Assembly: GCF_036321535.1 (NCBI RefSeq)
Contig: NC_087437.1
Span: forward strand, 117,554,001-117,618,000
From: Camelus dromedarius
Lineage: Eukaryota
DNA length: 64,000 nucleotides
Reading direction: 5' to 3'
Shown here piece by piece: positions 26,442 to 40,390 of this stretch. The notes beneath the pieces were generated by a model. It saw only the letters and a list, made by a program, of their open reading frames with translations, was not told the origin of the DNA and did not search any database. The position numbers and the translations under genes were made by a program. The first letter of the stretch is position 1; each line of letters starts with the position of its first letter.

Positions 26442-27053
26442 TCCAGAGGAAACTCTAATCCGAAAGGACACATGCAGCCTAGTGTTCATAGCAGCACTAT
26501 TTACAACAGCCAGGATACGGAAGCAGCCTAAGTGTCCTTCGGCAGATGACTGGATAAAGTCGCAGTATATGTATATACAATGGAATACTACTCAGCTATA
26601 AATAAGACTAAAATAATGCCATTTGCAGCAACATGGATGGACCTAGAGATCATCGTACTAAGTGAAGTAAGCCAGAAAGAGAAAGAAAAATACCATATGA
26701 TATCACTCATATGTGGAATCTAAAGAAAAAAAAAGACACAAATGAATCTATTCACAAAACAGAAACAGACTCACAGACATAGACATCAAACTTATGGTTA
26801 CCAGTGGGGAGGAGCGGGGAGGGGAGGGATAAATTGGGAGTTTGGGACTTGCAGACACTAACTACTATATATAAAACAGACAAACAACAAAGTCCTACTG
26901 TACAGCACAGGGAAGTTTATTCAATGCCTTGTAATGTCCTATGATGAAAAAGAATATGAAAACGAATATATATGTATAACTGAATCACTATGCTGTCCAT
27001 CAGAAATTAACACAGCATTGTAAATGGACTGTACTTCAATTAAAAAAAAAAAA
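26442..27053 (+). mobile_element. 5'-truncated L1 (ORF2 C-terminus, 3' UTR, poly(A))
   Basis: gcagcactatttacaacagcc, atgccatttgcagcaacatggatggacctagag and A-tail at 27042-27053. Confidence 0.92.
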
Positions 27054-27987
27054 GGTACGGCTGTTTGGCCCTGTCCCCAGGGAGGCTGGTCTATCTAACT
27101 TGGTCTTGTTCTCAGGAGCTCTTCCCGCCGTGTCCATACAGAGGGGCAGCCCTGGGTCTGGGGTGGGTCCTCGTGTCTGTATTTAAAAAAACCGCCTTTC
27201 ACGATTCTGATGATCAGCCTTCCCTGGACTGAAGGAGTTTTGAAGGTTCTTCCCTTCTGTGACCAGAGGGCTTTGTTTATTTGTCTGTGTTCAGCATTTG
27301 GATGGAAAGCTATGCAGCACAGGGGGCAATCAGCACATGTTATCACCTCGCTTTGGTTTGTATCTTGTTTTCAGTGATCATAACTGTGAGTGATCTCAGT
27401 CTTCTGCCTTAGCAGACGAATTGCTAAGCCCACGTCATTTGGAACAAAGTGTAAGACTTGTGAGAGTTCAGCCTAATTGTGAAAGTCAAAGGGTGTCATC
27501 TGCCTGTGACAATGATGGAAACACAAGCCCTGATTCACTAAGTAAATCTCATCAGTCATAGAGGCATGTGTGCACAGAAACTCAGAGACTTTGTTAGCAC
27601 AAGCTGTTGTGAGCATCACCAGCCATCAGCTCCACGTCTGTAGCACAGTTTACATTACCTATACGTGAGCAACCAGGGGTAAGGAACAGCAGAGCTGGCA
27701 TTTTAACACTCTATGTAAAATGTGGCCGTGAGAAACAGACAATCACACACACAAGGTATCTAAGAGGTTGAGACCGTGTCCTTGAGTTTCTTTGTCCCTC
27801 CCTTGCAGGTGTAGAGTTCAGGCAGCCGCAAGCCGGCTGCTTCTGAGCTCTGATGAGGCTCAGGACACGCTCCACTGTACTTTGCAAACTAGGTCTTGTG
27901 CTGGGGGTGGTGAGCTTGAGCCCCGTGGTGCACCCGCGGCTTTGCTTTCCAGGGCTGCTGTCTGTCTTCCTGCGTGCAGCTCGGTGA

Positions 27988-28146
<159 letters not shown>

Positions 28147-28430
28147 GGGGAGAGCGCCTTCCTAGTCTGCCAGAAGACACCAAATTCACCCATCATCTGT
28201 CAAGAAATTAAAAGAACCAACCCCCTAGAGAAAAAGCACCTGCACCTGGTACCCATGCACCCAGCATCCCACAATGCATGTAGAGACCCGCGATATTTAT
28301 ACCCTCGTAGGAAGGTGTAGACAGTGCCGTTGTGAGTGGCTTAAGCTCTGTTTATCTCCAGTATCATTCCTCCTGCAACTAATTATTTTCCTTGATGTTA
28401 TAATAAAATGGAGTTAAGATGTGTGATTAC
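28147..28430 (+). other. PCP4: PCP4 3' UTR (end approximate)
   Basis: Lies between the stop codon and the first downstream AATAAA; cleavage site inferred about 15-30 nt after the signal. Confidence 0.75.
28402..28407 (+). terminator. Polyadenylation signal AATAAA of PCP4
   Basis: AATAAA about 255 nt after the stop codon, followed by GT/pyrimidine-rich sequence (gtgtgattacagtgtctgcctccgtctctc). Confidence 0.8.
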
Positions 28431-30307
28431 AGTGTCTGCCTCCGTCTCTCCCCTTGTATTAATGCGGGCAGTTACCACTGTTAGAAGGGACTCCAGGCCA
28501 GGTGTTTGTTTTCTTCTCCCTCTAAGAAGAGTTAGAGCTGAAACAGGGCCCTCTGTGAGGAGCTCTCCTGCTGAGAAGGGGAGACCTGTTCTCAGCCTGC
28601 TTGTCCCATTTGGAGAGTCCTAACCGCTGACTGGCAATGGAGATGTGTTTTCTTCTCATGTTGGAAATAGAGTCTTGGACCCTGAGGGGAAGAGCAAAGA
28701 TTCAGAAGGTTCCCTGGAGAATTGTGACTCATCAGGAGAACAAGAAGTGGGAGGGGGGCTGCGTCTGTTGGAAGGGTGTCGCCCAGGCTCACACAGCAGG
28801 TGCCTACAGCTTTCCGCACCTGTGGGGCTCCCGGGCCCGGTGGCTCTCTGGTGGCCCCTAACGCCCCCTCTCCCACCCTGAGCGCCTTACACTCTTCAGG
28901 TAGCGATTTGCTACCTGCTAGGATTATTTAGCACAATCTGCAGTTTGCAGAAGCTGTGGGTTCTCCCTCACCCCATCTCGTCCCCTGCAAACCTTGTAGG
29001 TAAACTGCTTCCCACACCCCGAAGGGTAAGCAGTGAGGAGAGGGAGGCCTGCTACGTGGGGCGGGCGCTGCACCGAGTCGGGAGCCAGGGGGCTGGGTGT
29101 GTGCCTGCTTTGTGGCCCCAGGTGGCAGGAGCCCCCAGTGCCCAAGTCTGGCTTTGAGTTTGCGCTTTGTCACGTGAGAGCCTGACATGGAAGCTGCATC
29201 CCGAGATGCTCTAGGACAGCACGGCGCACCGCTGTGGGGCGGCCGTTTTCTTTCCTTTGCCAGAAATTAACCAAGGATCAAGGCAGAGCCTTCCACTAAC
29301 CAGAAGATAATGCAAAAGGGAGGAATCGTGTGCTGTATGTGTGTGTGTTCACACACGTATGCCTGGGGGTGACAGTGTAAAACACGGAGGGTGGAAGCTA
29401 CCACTGGGCAAGGCCACGACTCGCTACTCCTCCCACGGGGCCCCCAGCCTGAGGGCATGGCTCTCATACTCAGACTTGGGCGGCCAGCAGACAGGACCCC
29501 AGCACTCAGGATTCAAAACTGGATTCATTTCTGACCTACGGGTCAGCCAAGTGACCTCAGAGAAGTTATCTACCTTGTGCAGCTGGATTCTTTACCATCA
29601 CGGTGGTGATAAAATCTACTTGGCAAGGTGGATGGAACATGTCAGGAATTTAAAATGGCTCAAATGGGTGTCTGATAAATGGAAGGTCATTAATAGTAGA
29701 CCCATGAGGTAAAGAGTCAGCCATTGCTTCACCACCAATATCCTTTTTCCTAACTCGATCCAGTTCATGGGACTCAGCTTCTCTTGGTCACAGCCAGTTG
29801 GACCAGCGGCGGGCGCCCGACCCAAGATGGGGCTCTGCCAGTCAGAAGCTTTTCCTTGTGAGTCAGAACAAAGTGGCTAGAACTGAGGCAGTTAATGGGA
29901 GGAGACGCCAAGCAGGGGCCAAAGCTATTGCTGCTGCCGGTCACAGCTGCGGAAAATGCTTAAAAAATAAACTTTTCTTTCCTTTTTTGCAAGAAAATGC
30001 TAAAGTTCATTTGGAGCAAGATGCAGGGAGATGTATGAAAGGATGCCAAGCCCAAGATATATGGGCCCACGAGAGGCGGAAGGGCAGCCCCGGTTGAGTT
30101 AGTCATTTGGTTGCCATGAGCAAAACCCCACTCACGTGACCCGATGAGAGAGAATTATTCAAGTCATCCAAGACCAGAACATCCAAGAGAAAAACAGAAT
30201 GCCACAGGAATGCAGAATTACATTAAATTAATAACTAAACTGGGCACAGTGAGGGGAGAAGAACTGATGTCTTTATCTTATTGTCTATACAGCATTTTAT
30301 GACCTTT

Positions 30308-30660
30308 TCAGTCAAGTTTGGTAGATACAGATATATCTTTCTTCATATAGGTCTTGCACATTTCTTTTAGTTCTATTTCTAGGTATTTCAGAGTTTTTGT
30401 TGTCCTTCCAAATAGAATCTTTCCCCAGAGCATTCTCTGGCTGGTTTTGCTATTTTCTAGGAAAACTACTGATCTCTGTATATTTAACTCTAGAACTATA
30501 CATCTTACTGAACTATGGAACATCCGGTCATTTTTCAGTGGATTCTTGAAAGATTTCCAAGTAGATAGTCCTGTAAATAGTAATTTTGTCTCTTCTTTTC
30601 TACTGTTTTTGGCTCCTCGCTTTATTCTTGTCTTGTCTACCTTCCACTCCATCCTTGTGT
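30308..30660 (-). mobile_element. Old L1 ORF2 (reverse transcriptase region) fragment
   Basis: Minus-strand translation EETKLLF...NP...LNIQRSVVFL...LKYLEIEL.K resembles L1 ORF2 EEVKLSLFADD...INIQKSVAFL...IKYLGINLTK; degenerate. Confidence 0.8.
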
Positions 30661-31025
30661 TTGGAGGGACATGTACGGACTGTTTCCATTTCAAGTGACA
30701 GTGAGAGACCATCTCATGCATGAGGTAGGCATTTTCATAGGTCATCTAAGCTTGATTTTAACTTCATAGGTCATCTTTTCCCAAGTCTGGTAAGCCCCTT
30801 TTATGTACCTCTGAATGCACACATTTTATGTAACCTGAGATTTAACCTTGATAAACTAGTATGATTGTAAGGGAAGATTGGAGAGGGAGAAAGTGATTGG
30901 GTTAGAGCTTATTTAGGGCTTGTGTTTAGGGTGAGAATGCACATTAATGGCATGTTAAGGAGGTTTCACTTGATTCCAATTCAAATCACGGATGAGTAAG
31001 GTGGGGTTGCTTGGTCATTCTGCAG

Positions 31026-31405
31026 TGTCCAGTTTCTCAGCTTCCACCGCTCTAACAAAATGCCATAAACTGGGGGGTTTACCCAATCGATATTTATTTC
31101 TCATAGTTTTCGGGGCTGGAAGTCCGAGATCCAGGTGCCAGCAGATTTGATTCCACAGTCAGGGCTCTCTTCCTGGTTTGCAGACAGCCTCCTTCTCGCT
31201 GTGTCCTCACAGGGCGGTGAGAGAGGGAGAGAGCTTTGGTGTCTCTTCTTATAAGACCACTGATCTCATCATGGGGGCCACTCGCACGGCCTCCTGTAAA
31301 CCCAGCTACCTCCCACAGGCACCCATCTCCTAACACCACCATGCCGGGAATTAGGGCTTAACCCTGTGAATCTGGGGGGAGGACACAAACACTCCATCCA
31401 CTACG
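31026..31405 (-). mobile_element. MaLR LTR (MLT1A-like)
   Basis: aacaaaatgccataaactggg...ggctggaagtccgagatc...tctcttcttataag...ggggaggacacaaacactcc. Confidence 0.85.
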
Positions 31406-33814
31406 TCCACCTTCTTGGGAGCAGGGCTCGCCAGTTCTCCTGGATGACATTCACTATAATGTGCTCGGACTGAGCAACCCCCTGGACTTGACCCACAGCC
31501 CTGCTGACTTACTGCTGATGTGTTTTCACTGCCACTGTTTCCTCTGAGTCGCTGCTCTGATATTGGCTCTGCTTTTCTTACAGCTGTGACGGCGGACTCT
31601 GCTCACTGCCACGCGGCCCTTTTTGAAACAGTTTTTCTTTTGCTAACAGATACTTAATTGAATAAGAATGATACTGCTGCGCTTTATGTGACCTCCCCGG
31701 GAGTCAGGGGTCTGCAGGGCAGGGATAAGGATGGATTAGGGCAGGACCCCATCAGGCTCTATGGATAAAACAACCAGAGGATTGTTAAAAGTACAACCCC
31801 TGAAGGCGTCCTCTCTCTGCTCCTCGCCCTGTAAAGCTGATCTGAATATGGAGATTTTCAGCCCCAGTGCTGCTGGTCTCGCTATTTCTATGTGCTGGTG
31901 CTGCGGGGTTGCTGCCCCTGAGAGTTTAGAAAAATGCCATCACTATAACGACGGCCACTCACAAAGGATGGGTGGATGGAGAAGTGCTTCTCCGTTAGTG
32001 CTTTCTGGGTTTTGGGTAGGGGTTTTTCTTACAGCCCCTCAACTAAAGAATCATTTCCTAGCCCACCTGTGAGATGAACTGCCAAGCTCCAGTGAGACAA
32101 TTGTCTTTTCCCAACCCTGTCTTTGACTTGTGAGATGGATTCCTGCACAGAGACAAGTTGACGCAGGTAAAATCACAGTGTTCACTTAGACTGGGGGAGT
32201 CTTCCGTGCCGTGTTCTTAAGTGAACCTTTCTGATGCCGAAAGCATCACCCTGATTGCACATTTCCCTCTGGTGCAGACATGGCCACCCGCATCCCAGTC
32301 CTCTAACCATCCACAGTGGTGCGGAAGCCACAGATGGAGCATGTCCAGCTTGAGACAGGAGAGCTTGTGCCCCACTCTCTAATTACCCACTGGTCCAAAG
32401 GGCTAGAGAAAGCGGATAACTGGGAGAGAGACATGCCACTCCACACTGGAATCACTTTGTCGTTCCTGTGATTCCTCCACTTTGCACCCACGGCCCTCTT
32501 TCCAGGATGTTCCCCTGTGGCAGCCAGAGTAGTCTTTTAAAAATGTGCATCTGATCATGTCGCCTTTTCTTGCCTTCTTGCCCCCACGCTTAAAACCTTG
32601 CACCAGCTTCACTGAGCTCTTTGGATAAAGCCAATCACCTCGATGTGTCCTGTGAGGACCTGCACTGAGCTGATGTGTGACCTTCTGGAACAGCTGAGAT
32701 AAAACGTACAGCTGGGAACGATCAGCCCCCGAATCCTGGAGGCTGCGCCCGATAGAAGCTTATTTCCCACCAGTGCAGAGCCTGAAGCAGGTGTTCCGAG
32801 TCGCGGCCATTCTCCAAGTGGGAGATGGCATCAAAGGTCTGCAGTGAGCCAGGCTTAGAAGGGACACAGAGCAGCTCCCCTGGTCTGAACGCAGACACAT
32901 GGCCACGTGCAGCAGGAGATCAGCCTAGCCGTGTGTTCGGGGGGGAGAGGAAAGACACTGCACTTCTGCCACAGCCCCTCCCCTCGCACCCCATCCCACA
33001 CATGAGGGCCTGTTCTTGAAGGCTCTTATTCAATCTTCAATTTCACAGGCATTTATGTGATTCTTCGATCCGTGCTCATCACCTCCTCTCAGCTCCACCA
33101 GGTCAGGGACGTCCGTTTGCCGGCAGGTTAGTTGCTCGGTAAATACTTGCCAAGAGAGTGCGTGAATAAACCCGTGCCCACGTTTGCTGCGAGCAGCCTG
33201 CAGGAATCGTATCTGAGGGCCTGAAGACCCATATGTGAGAGACATAGAGGAGCCCCATGTTTCGTTCAGTAACAGCCAATGACCCTGCTTGGTCAGAGTT
33301 CAACGTCAGCCTGTACTCTTCATTTTACTTTCTTAAGAGGGTCTTAGAAAGGCAGCCCTGTTGAGGATTTTCTTGTCATCTGAGTTTACGATGGATAGAC
33401 AGATATAAAATGGGATCAAGACAGACGGACAGATGGGCACTTAGACATGTACATTCTAGGCCACTTTCCTCCTAAAAAAAAAGCAAAAAGATCCCCAAGC
33501 CTGCAGTGGCTGCAAAGACAGCAGGTTTCTGAACACTGCCAGTCCAGGATCCTGCTCAGCATATGTTTTTGTCATCCCTTCCAGGTGGAATGTAGCCCCT
33601 CCTCTCCACCCACCTTCCCGGGGAGCAGACTACCCTGCACCTGTGGTCAGCAGAGCCAGACTTTAGCCCTGACTCAGTCTCTACCACCAGTGCTGTCCTG
33701 GGAAAGAACCATAACTTCTTCTGGCTTCAATCCCAATCTCAAAAGTGGGTATAATAGAGCCGCCAGGGTGGGAGGGAGGGAACGGAGTCCCTTCTGTGTC
33801 AGGCTGAAACAAAC

Positions 33815-34002
33815 CACTGGGCACCTGATATGTGTGATCTCATTTAATCGTAATCATCTTATGTAGTAGGTGTTTTATCCCCACTTTACAGATGAGAAAA
33901 CTAAGGCTCAGGGAGGACCAGGAAATGCTTAGGGTCATGCAGTTAGTGAGGGGCGAAGTGGGATTTCTCACTTGGCTCTGACTGGAGAGCCTGCAGTCTT
34001 TG
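33815..34002 (-). mobile_element. MIR SINE
   Basis: ctcatttaatc...ccactttacagatgagaaaactaaggctcag...gtcatgcagttagtga. Confidence 0.85.
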
Positions 34003-34149
34003 ACACCTGTATCAGCCAGTACACGGCACTGAAAACCAATTTCTTGTCCACATAGGCTGCCATTAGGGGCCCACAATCTTCAGTGACCCCCATGATGCTT
34101 TCCATCCATCCAAGACCTTAGGAAATCCTTTTGCCTCTGATTTCCGACA

Positions 34150-34612
34150 GTGGTGGTGGACAAAACGATGACCCCCGAAGATTCCCAGAAAATATAAATA
34201 CGGCAAAAGGGACCTTGCAGACGTGCTTACGTGAAGGACCTTGAGGTGGGGAGAGTGTCCCGGTTGTCCGGGTGGCCCAGTGTCATCATGGGGTCCTTAT
34301 CAGAAGGAGACAGGAGGATCCCATCAGAGCAAGATATGACGAGGGAGTAGAAGCTGGAGCGGTGCCCTCTGAAGGTAAAGGAAGCGGCGGTGAGCCCAGG
34401 AGCGCAGGCGGCCTCGGGAAGCTGGGGAAGGTGAGGGAAGAGCTCGTCCCCCAGAGCATCCAGAAGGAACTCAGCCCTGCCCAGACCTCGATCTTCCACC
34501 CATAAAACTCATGTTGGACTCCTGGCCTCCACAACTGTGAGAGTAAATTTGTGTTGCTTGAAGGTACTAGATTTGTGGTAATTTGTTACGGCAGCAACAG
34601 GAGACTCACACA
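34150..34612 (+). mobile_element. MaLR LTR (MLT1D-like)
   Basis: ggcaaaagggaccttgcagacgtg...gggtggcccagtgtcatc...tttgtggtaatttgttacggcagcaacaggagactcacaca. Confidence 0.85.
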
Positions 34613-36329
34613 CCGGTATTTTCTGTGTCCTGTCTCTGTGTCTTAGCCCTGCGTGTGGTCTTGTAACTTAACTGCTATGCATGTGGTCATTACTATCGCC
34701 CTGGCTAAGGGAGAGGCCCTTGGCGGGGGATGTGGAGACCAGAGTTTTTCCCCCTCCGTAAGGACAGTGCAGACCCATAAGACGGTCGAGTAGAAGTCTG
34801 TTGAGGTCCCAAACCATGAGCCAGTGGTGAGGCTGCTGAGATGACTGGCAGGTCACTGTGCCACCAGCGGGGCCTCTGGGATGGGAGCACTGGGAAGACC
34901 CTCCCCAGGTGGGCGGCACTGACGCTGAGCTGGGCCCGCTGCCTCAGGGCAGCTGCAGCTGGAACTCGGCCCGCAGAGGGGCCCAGACCCAGAGGCTGGC
35001 CCGGGGCAGCCCCGCTGTCACCGCAGACCTTCTCCTGGCTCAGGTGTCACTGAGGCTCTTTGGCGTGCCATCTGTCTGCAGCCCAGCCAGGCAGCAGCCT
35101 CTGCAGCACCAGGGCCCAGAGCCAAAGCAGAGGAACACAGCAGGAACGGCTGTGCTGCTGCGGAGCCACGGGCCGGAGGGAGCAGGGCGGGAGGTGGGAA
35201 TGCTCCTCCAGCATCAGCAGCCTCCCGCTGCGCCTTCCTGGTGGCGGTGAACGCGGTGGGAAAGCAGGAATTGGGTCCTTTGTTAACTTGAAAGCCTCCA
35301 GGGTGGGTGTGTGATGGTGGCGGGGCTCCATGGAGCTGTTTGTGGAGGGGCTTTTGTGACTGTCTGGGTCTAAATGAACTGCCCGGCGCTCAGTCCAGCA
35401 CCCCCTTACTTGGCTCTCTCACCCCCATCAACAGCTCCCTTACGGGCCTTCCTGTTTATAAATCAAAGAGCGTTCAGTGCTGCGAGCTGCCATAGGGGTC
35501 TCATCTGCTCCGGCATTTCATAAACTAATAAAGCAAGGCTCAGAGAAATGGAGGAGCTGGTCCACGGCCGCATGGCCCAGACCCCGCTGAGAGTCTTTCA
35601 GGGCCAGCGTGTCTTCTGATGGAGCTTAATCCACAAACAGGGCTGATGCCACCATCCTGACCTGCCATCGGAGACACGAGGCTGTGCTCTTGGCCAGCCT
35701 GGCCTCCAGAGGCCCCCAGCTGGCCGGGTTGCACAACCTTTTGCTGAAATTCCCTGGGAATGGAAGTGGAAGAAAGATCAGGAGTAAATAAATAGCAGGC
35801 CTCTCCACCACGATTTACATCCAAATCTCAGAAGAGCGGAGAGGCGGGGGTGTGGCCATCAGGATTTAACTTCAGCTGCTTTAAAACACCCGGAATCAAA
35901 GTGGCTCCAGCAGGAGGTAGTGGCACCTGTGACTGTCTACATGAAGCGTCCCAGGGCTGGCAGGCTGGGAGGGCAGCTCCTGATAGAGAAACACATTCCT
36001 TCCGTCTCCTTGTTCTGCCTGCTTTAGGTCCCGCCCTTTCCCGTCTGGTCTAGGATGGACCACCACGGCATTCACCGTCCAGCTCCAGGAAGAGGAGACG
36101 AGAATGGACATCTGGGGTGGGGGATGTCAAGCAGCCTCTGCCACACGGGTCATCTTTCATGGCCTATGGAGACGGGCGTGTATGTGGCCCCAGTTCCCCA
36201 GACGGCTGGCTTCCCCCGACCTCTCTTGGCGCATGTGGCCTGGGAGGTGTGGCTGATGTGGTGAGGCAGACACTTTACACACCCGCTCACATCTCCCCAG
36301 CACTGGTCACTCCAGTTAATGCCGATGGC

Positions 36330-36719
36330 CTCCTCCCACAAGCACCTGTGCCCCTCAGGGGCACCTCCCAGCCTGCAAGCAGGGCCTGGGGGTGATGGGG
36401 CATCCCTGCTGGCCAGGGCAGTTTCCTGGCCAATGCCTGATGGGGTTGGAGGATAACCATCCCGGCTCCCTTGCTCCCCAGGTGGGATCACTCCAAGGCT
36501 GCTCCATCCTGCCCTCCAGAGATCCTAGTGTGTGGTGGGGTGGGCCCCAGACAGCACAGAGCCGCCTGCTGGACCACATGCTCTGTCTTGGCTTTGCTGC
36601 CTTCCTGCCCCCTGCCCCCACCGCCCTCCCCATGCTCCCTCAGAGAGCCTCCCAGATAAACCACTCACATTCAAATCCTTGTCTCAAAGTTGGCTTCTCG
36701 GGTAATCCAACCCAAGACA
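36330..36719 (+). mobile_element. ERVL LTR (LTR16-like)
   Basis: 3' end cctcccagataaaccactcacattcaaatccttgtctcaaagttggcttctcgggtaatccaacccaagaca is characteristic of LTR16; 5' boundary approximate. Confidence 0.7.
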
Positions 36720-38359
36720 TATGGCAAGGGGGATGTGTGGGCATTTTTAGCCAAAACTCCAGGTTCCAAGAATTCTGGACATATGGATGATGCGTTTTGT
36801 TTATATCACAGTTTTTACAACCTCCTTTTATTAAGAAATCAGCTTCTTAAGACTTAAAAATGGGAAGAACTGACTTAGTTTTTATCCATGAAGAGTTTTT
36901 TTTCTTCCCGTCTTTGAAGGGAACACTTTCCTGTCTTGATGAAGGTAGGTGGAGTGAGATGGTGGAACCAATCTGCTGTGTGTGGGGCTCTGGCTACGTC
37001 TTGGATACAAAATGAGAGAGACCTGGCCTCTGTTTTTCCCGGGAGGTTTTCTCCAGTGGGAGACGAGGGCGTGCTTACTTCCTTAGTGTGAGAAGGTGAG
37101 TAGGATGCTGGCAGGGCAATGCAAGCTGTGTCTCAGTGGAGCTCTTGCTTATGAGATAGCGAGTGTGTCCTTGAGAACTGGAGAGGTCCCAGTGGGCGTG
37201 CTGGGAAGCCGGAAGCTTCTAGAACTGGAGACTTAGTGGGGAAGAGGTGGAAGGACATCCACGAATTAAGTGACGATGCCCATAACGAGACCACATGTTT
37301 CCGGAGCAGCCTCATCCACTCCGCCGGAACTTCAGCCACGGACCCCTCCCTCTGCTCCTTGGGCATTGCATGCAGACGTCCCTCTGCTTTTTCAGGTCGG
37401 AGACCATGAATTTCAGGTTGTTTCAGGGGCAATGCCTTCTTTAATGATTTGTTATGACTTTGCGCCATCTGGGATTAAACTGGGTGCTGGTCTCTGCACA
37501 CGTGCACCCCTCCCTCCCCTCAGTGATGCTCTCTGCCGCCCAAGCTCCCTGCTCCTTCCAGATGTCTGCTTCCTTGCTCTCTGTTGAGGCTCCCTCGGCC
37601 CCCTTACCCTCCAGATAATTCTCAAAATGGTCCTCGCTCCCTTGTGCTTGGTCCAGTCTAGTCAGCTCAGGACTCTGCCTGAGGGATAACTTCCTCAACA
37701 CCTTGTGACAATACTTCTCAGATGGACAGAAGCTGCTGGCGGTCCTGGCTACAGAGGGGACTGAGGCTGTGGCCTGTCTCCCCATACCTCCGCTGTTCTA
37801 GGACCATGAGAAGATTCTCCAGTTAAAACCAGTTCAGTTTGGGTTGAGACTGATTACACTGTGGCCCCTCCTCTTTTCCTATAGTTTCTAAGCCCCTGGC
37901 TATGATTTCCCAGTTTTCTTAACAGGCAATTGAACAAGATAAGTTATCTTCTAGACAGATTAGATCATCTTTGTCTTGCTTTAACCTGGATGCCTCGCCT
38001 GCGCTGGAGCAGTCCTGGGTGTGCCTGATTTGGTTTGCTCTGACCTGAGACCACGTTCCTTCTCCATATGAGGTCTCCCTCGGACATCCCGTCGGACTTG
38101 ACAGCTGTGTTCTGTAATAAGTGGGCTGACTTCATCTCTTGAGTCAGCGGTAGCACCGGTAGGCTTTAGGGATAAGGCGGGACTAGCCGGGTCTTGTGTA
38201 TGGTCTGGATGAGAAAGACGCAGAACTTGACGCCGCGTTGAGGACAAGGAAGCAGAACTGTGTATCTCCTCTTCTTTTCACCTTCCCTGCTCTCAGGTTG
38301 CTCTTCTGTTCTGACTCACCTGGATTCCTACGTTCCATCCCTTTATAATAATAGTTCCA

Positions 38360-39225
38360 TTACTCAGAGTAATTAATGCTAGCTGCTGTGACAAACAACC
38401 CCACATCTCAATGGCTGGATACACAAGACGTGTGTTTCTCACTTCTCTACAGTCTGACGAGCACCAGACAGCTCTCCCAGGCAGCTCCCCATCCAGGCAG
38501 TGACTCAGGGATGCAGGCTCCCTCTCTTGGGGAGCTCTGCACCCTTTGGGCCATTCGCTTTTGGGAGAAAGAGCTGGAGTGATTACCTGCTGTGTTACTT
38601 TCCAGGGGCTTCCATAACAAATGGATATAAACTGGGGCCTTAAAACAGCAGAAACTTGTGGTCCCACAGCTCTGGAGGCCAGAGTCCAAGATCAAGGTGT
38701 TGGTGGTGTTGGTTTCTTCTGGAGACACTGAGGGAGAATCCGTTCCTGGCCTCCGTCCTAGTGTCTTCTGCTTCTGGCAATTCCTGAGTTTCCTTGGCTT
38801 GTAGACATATAACTCCAGTCTCTGCCTCCGTCTTCACTTGGACCTCTTCTCTGTGTATCTGTGTGCTTCTCTCTCTCTCTCCTCTTATAATGATATCTGT
38901 CATTTGATTTAGGGTCTGCCCTAAACTTCAGAGTATCTCATCTCAAGTTCTTTGACTTAATTACATCTGCAAAGACCCCTTTGCCCAGAAAAGGTCACTT
39001 TCACAGGTTAGGGGGTTAGGACTCGGATATATCTTTTTGGAAGCCACCATTTGACTCACATGGTTTGTTTTATTTTCAAGTCTAGAAGTGGCACACGAGT
39101 CCACCCACATTCCACTGGCCAGAGCTACTCACACAGCACAGCCCTAATGGCAAGGGAGCCCGGGGAACGTAGGCTTCCTGCTTGCCCAGAGGCAGGAAAT
39201 GGAGGTGGTGGGCATCTGGCTAGTC
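38360..39225 (-). mobile_element. Old MaLR LTR (MLT1K-like), split by an MLT1C-like insertion
   Basis: gctagctgctgtgacaaacaaccccacatctcaatggc on the left; gaagtggcacac...cacattccactggccagagc...gcaagggagc on the right. Confidence 0.65.
38591..39060 (-). mobile_element. MaLR LTR (MLT1C-like), nested
   Basis: ccataacaaat...cacagctctggaggccagagtccaagatcaaggtgttgg...aattacatctgcaaagaccc...aaggtcac. Confidence 0.85.
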
Positions 39226-40244
39226 CCCAACATCTGCTGACACTCAGGGAGCACTCACTCTTTGCCAGGTGCCCTGCTAACGACTTCACCAGGACGATCT
39301 CATTTCAATCATTTTTATCCTCACAAGAAACTTGAGAGATAGATACTCTTGGTTATCCAAGTTTCAGCTAAGTAAACAGAAGCACAGAGTCCTCCGAAGA
39401 ACTTCCCATGTCATTTGTAAATGGTGGGACCTCTGTTTTCAGGGCCTGTGTTTAGCTCCTGTGTGACTTGGTCTCAAACTGCACTGACTATAGGCTATTG
39501 GTCTCTGTGGGGCACAATTTTCCCCTTCCCCACACGTCCCCAAGTCTGGACTCAGACCTGTCTTTGCTCAGCACTGGGCACTGACCTGGCTGGGGTGAAG
39601 TGCTCACGGGGTAAAATGCTCTTTCCTTCCCTCTGGGAAATGCCTTATCTTTCTTCTCCCGGCTGTGACTTGTTCAAGGACACCTCAATGGACCATGATG
39701 AGACAGCTGAAGTTCTCACCGTCTATGTCAGTAACTGGGTGACACCAATCAACAAGGATGATGGTGCAGATTCCCCAAGTTTACTGAAGTACATGTGGAC
39801 AAGTTCATCTGCCAAGAGCAGAAGCTGGCCAGGGGAGCCCGATGAGCATGCCCCAAGCACAGTGACTGACTTTTGAGTGAGAGGATTTATTTCTATCTTG
39901 GCTGCTCAGAGAACTGCATTTCGGCAGTGCTAGCACAATCCACATCAAGCTACAAAACATCAACTGGCAGCTTGTTTGAAGTGGATCCAAATTACCTTGT
40001 CTGAATGGAACACCACAGCACCTTGGTAAGCAAGAACACCTTGGATTCATGGCCAGCGGGGAGAAAAGGAGCAGGGTTACCCTCTCCCTGCTGCCCCTTC
40101 CATTCTGGAAAATTTGCTACTGGCTTGCAGAAGTCCAAAGAGGGGCAAACACGCTGTGTAACGTACCTCATTATGATTATTGATCCAGATCTGTCTTGTA
40201 CATAGAGAGACAAAGATATATTTTATCAAAGAATTAAAGTCCAG

Positions 40245-40390
40245 GAGAAGAGTGAAGATGGAGGATGGGTAAGAAGAAGGAAGAAAAGAATCAAAAAAAA
40301 AAAAAAAGAGAAAAAGAGAAAAAGAAAGAAAAAGGAAGAGAGGCAGGAAGGGAAGAGAAAAAAGGAAAGAAGAAATAATAGGAAAGAAAA
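40245..40390. repeat. Purine-rich (A/G) low-complexity tract
   Basis: About 145 bp almost entirely A/G on the + strand. Confidence 0.85.

Noticed and set aside
30733..30776. 14-bp direct repeat ttcataggtcatct x2
   Set aside because: Short local duplication with no recognisable insert. Not an array, and CRISPR is not applicable to mammalian DNA.
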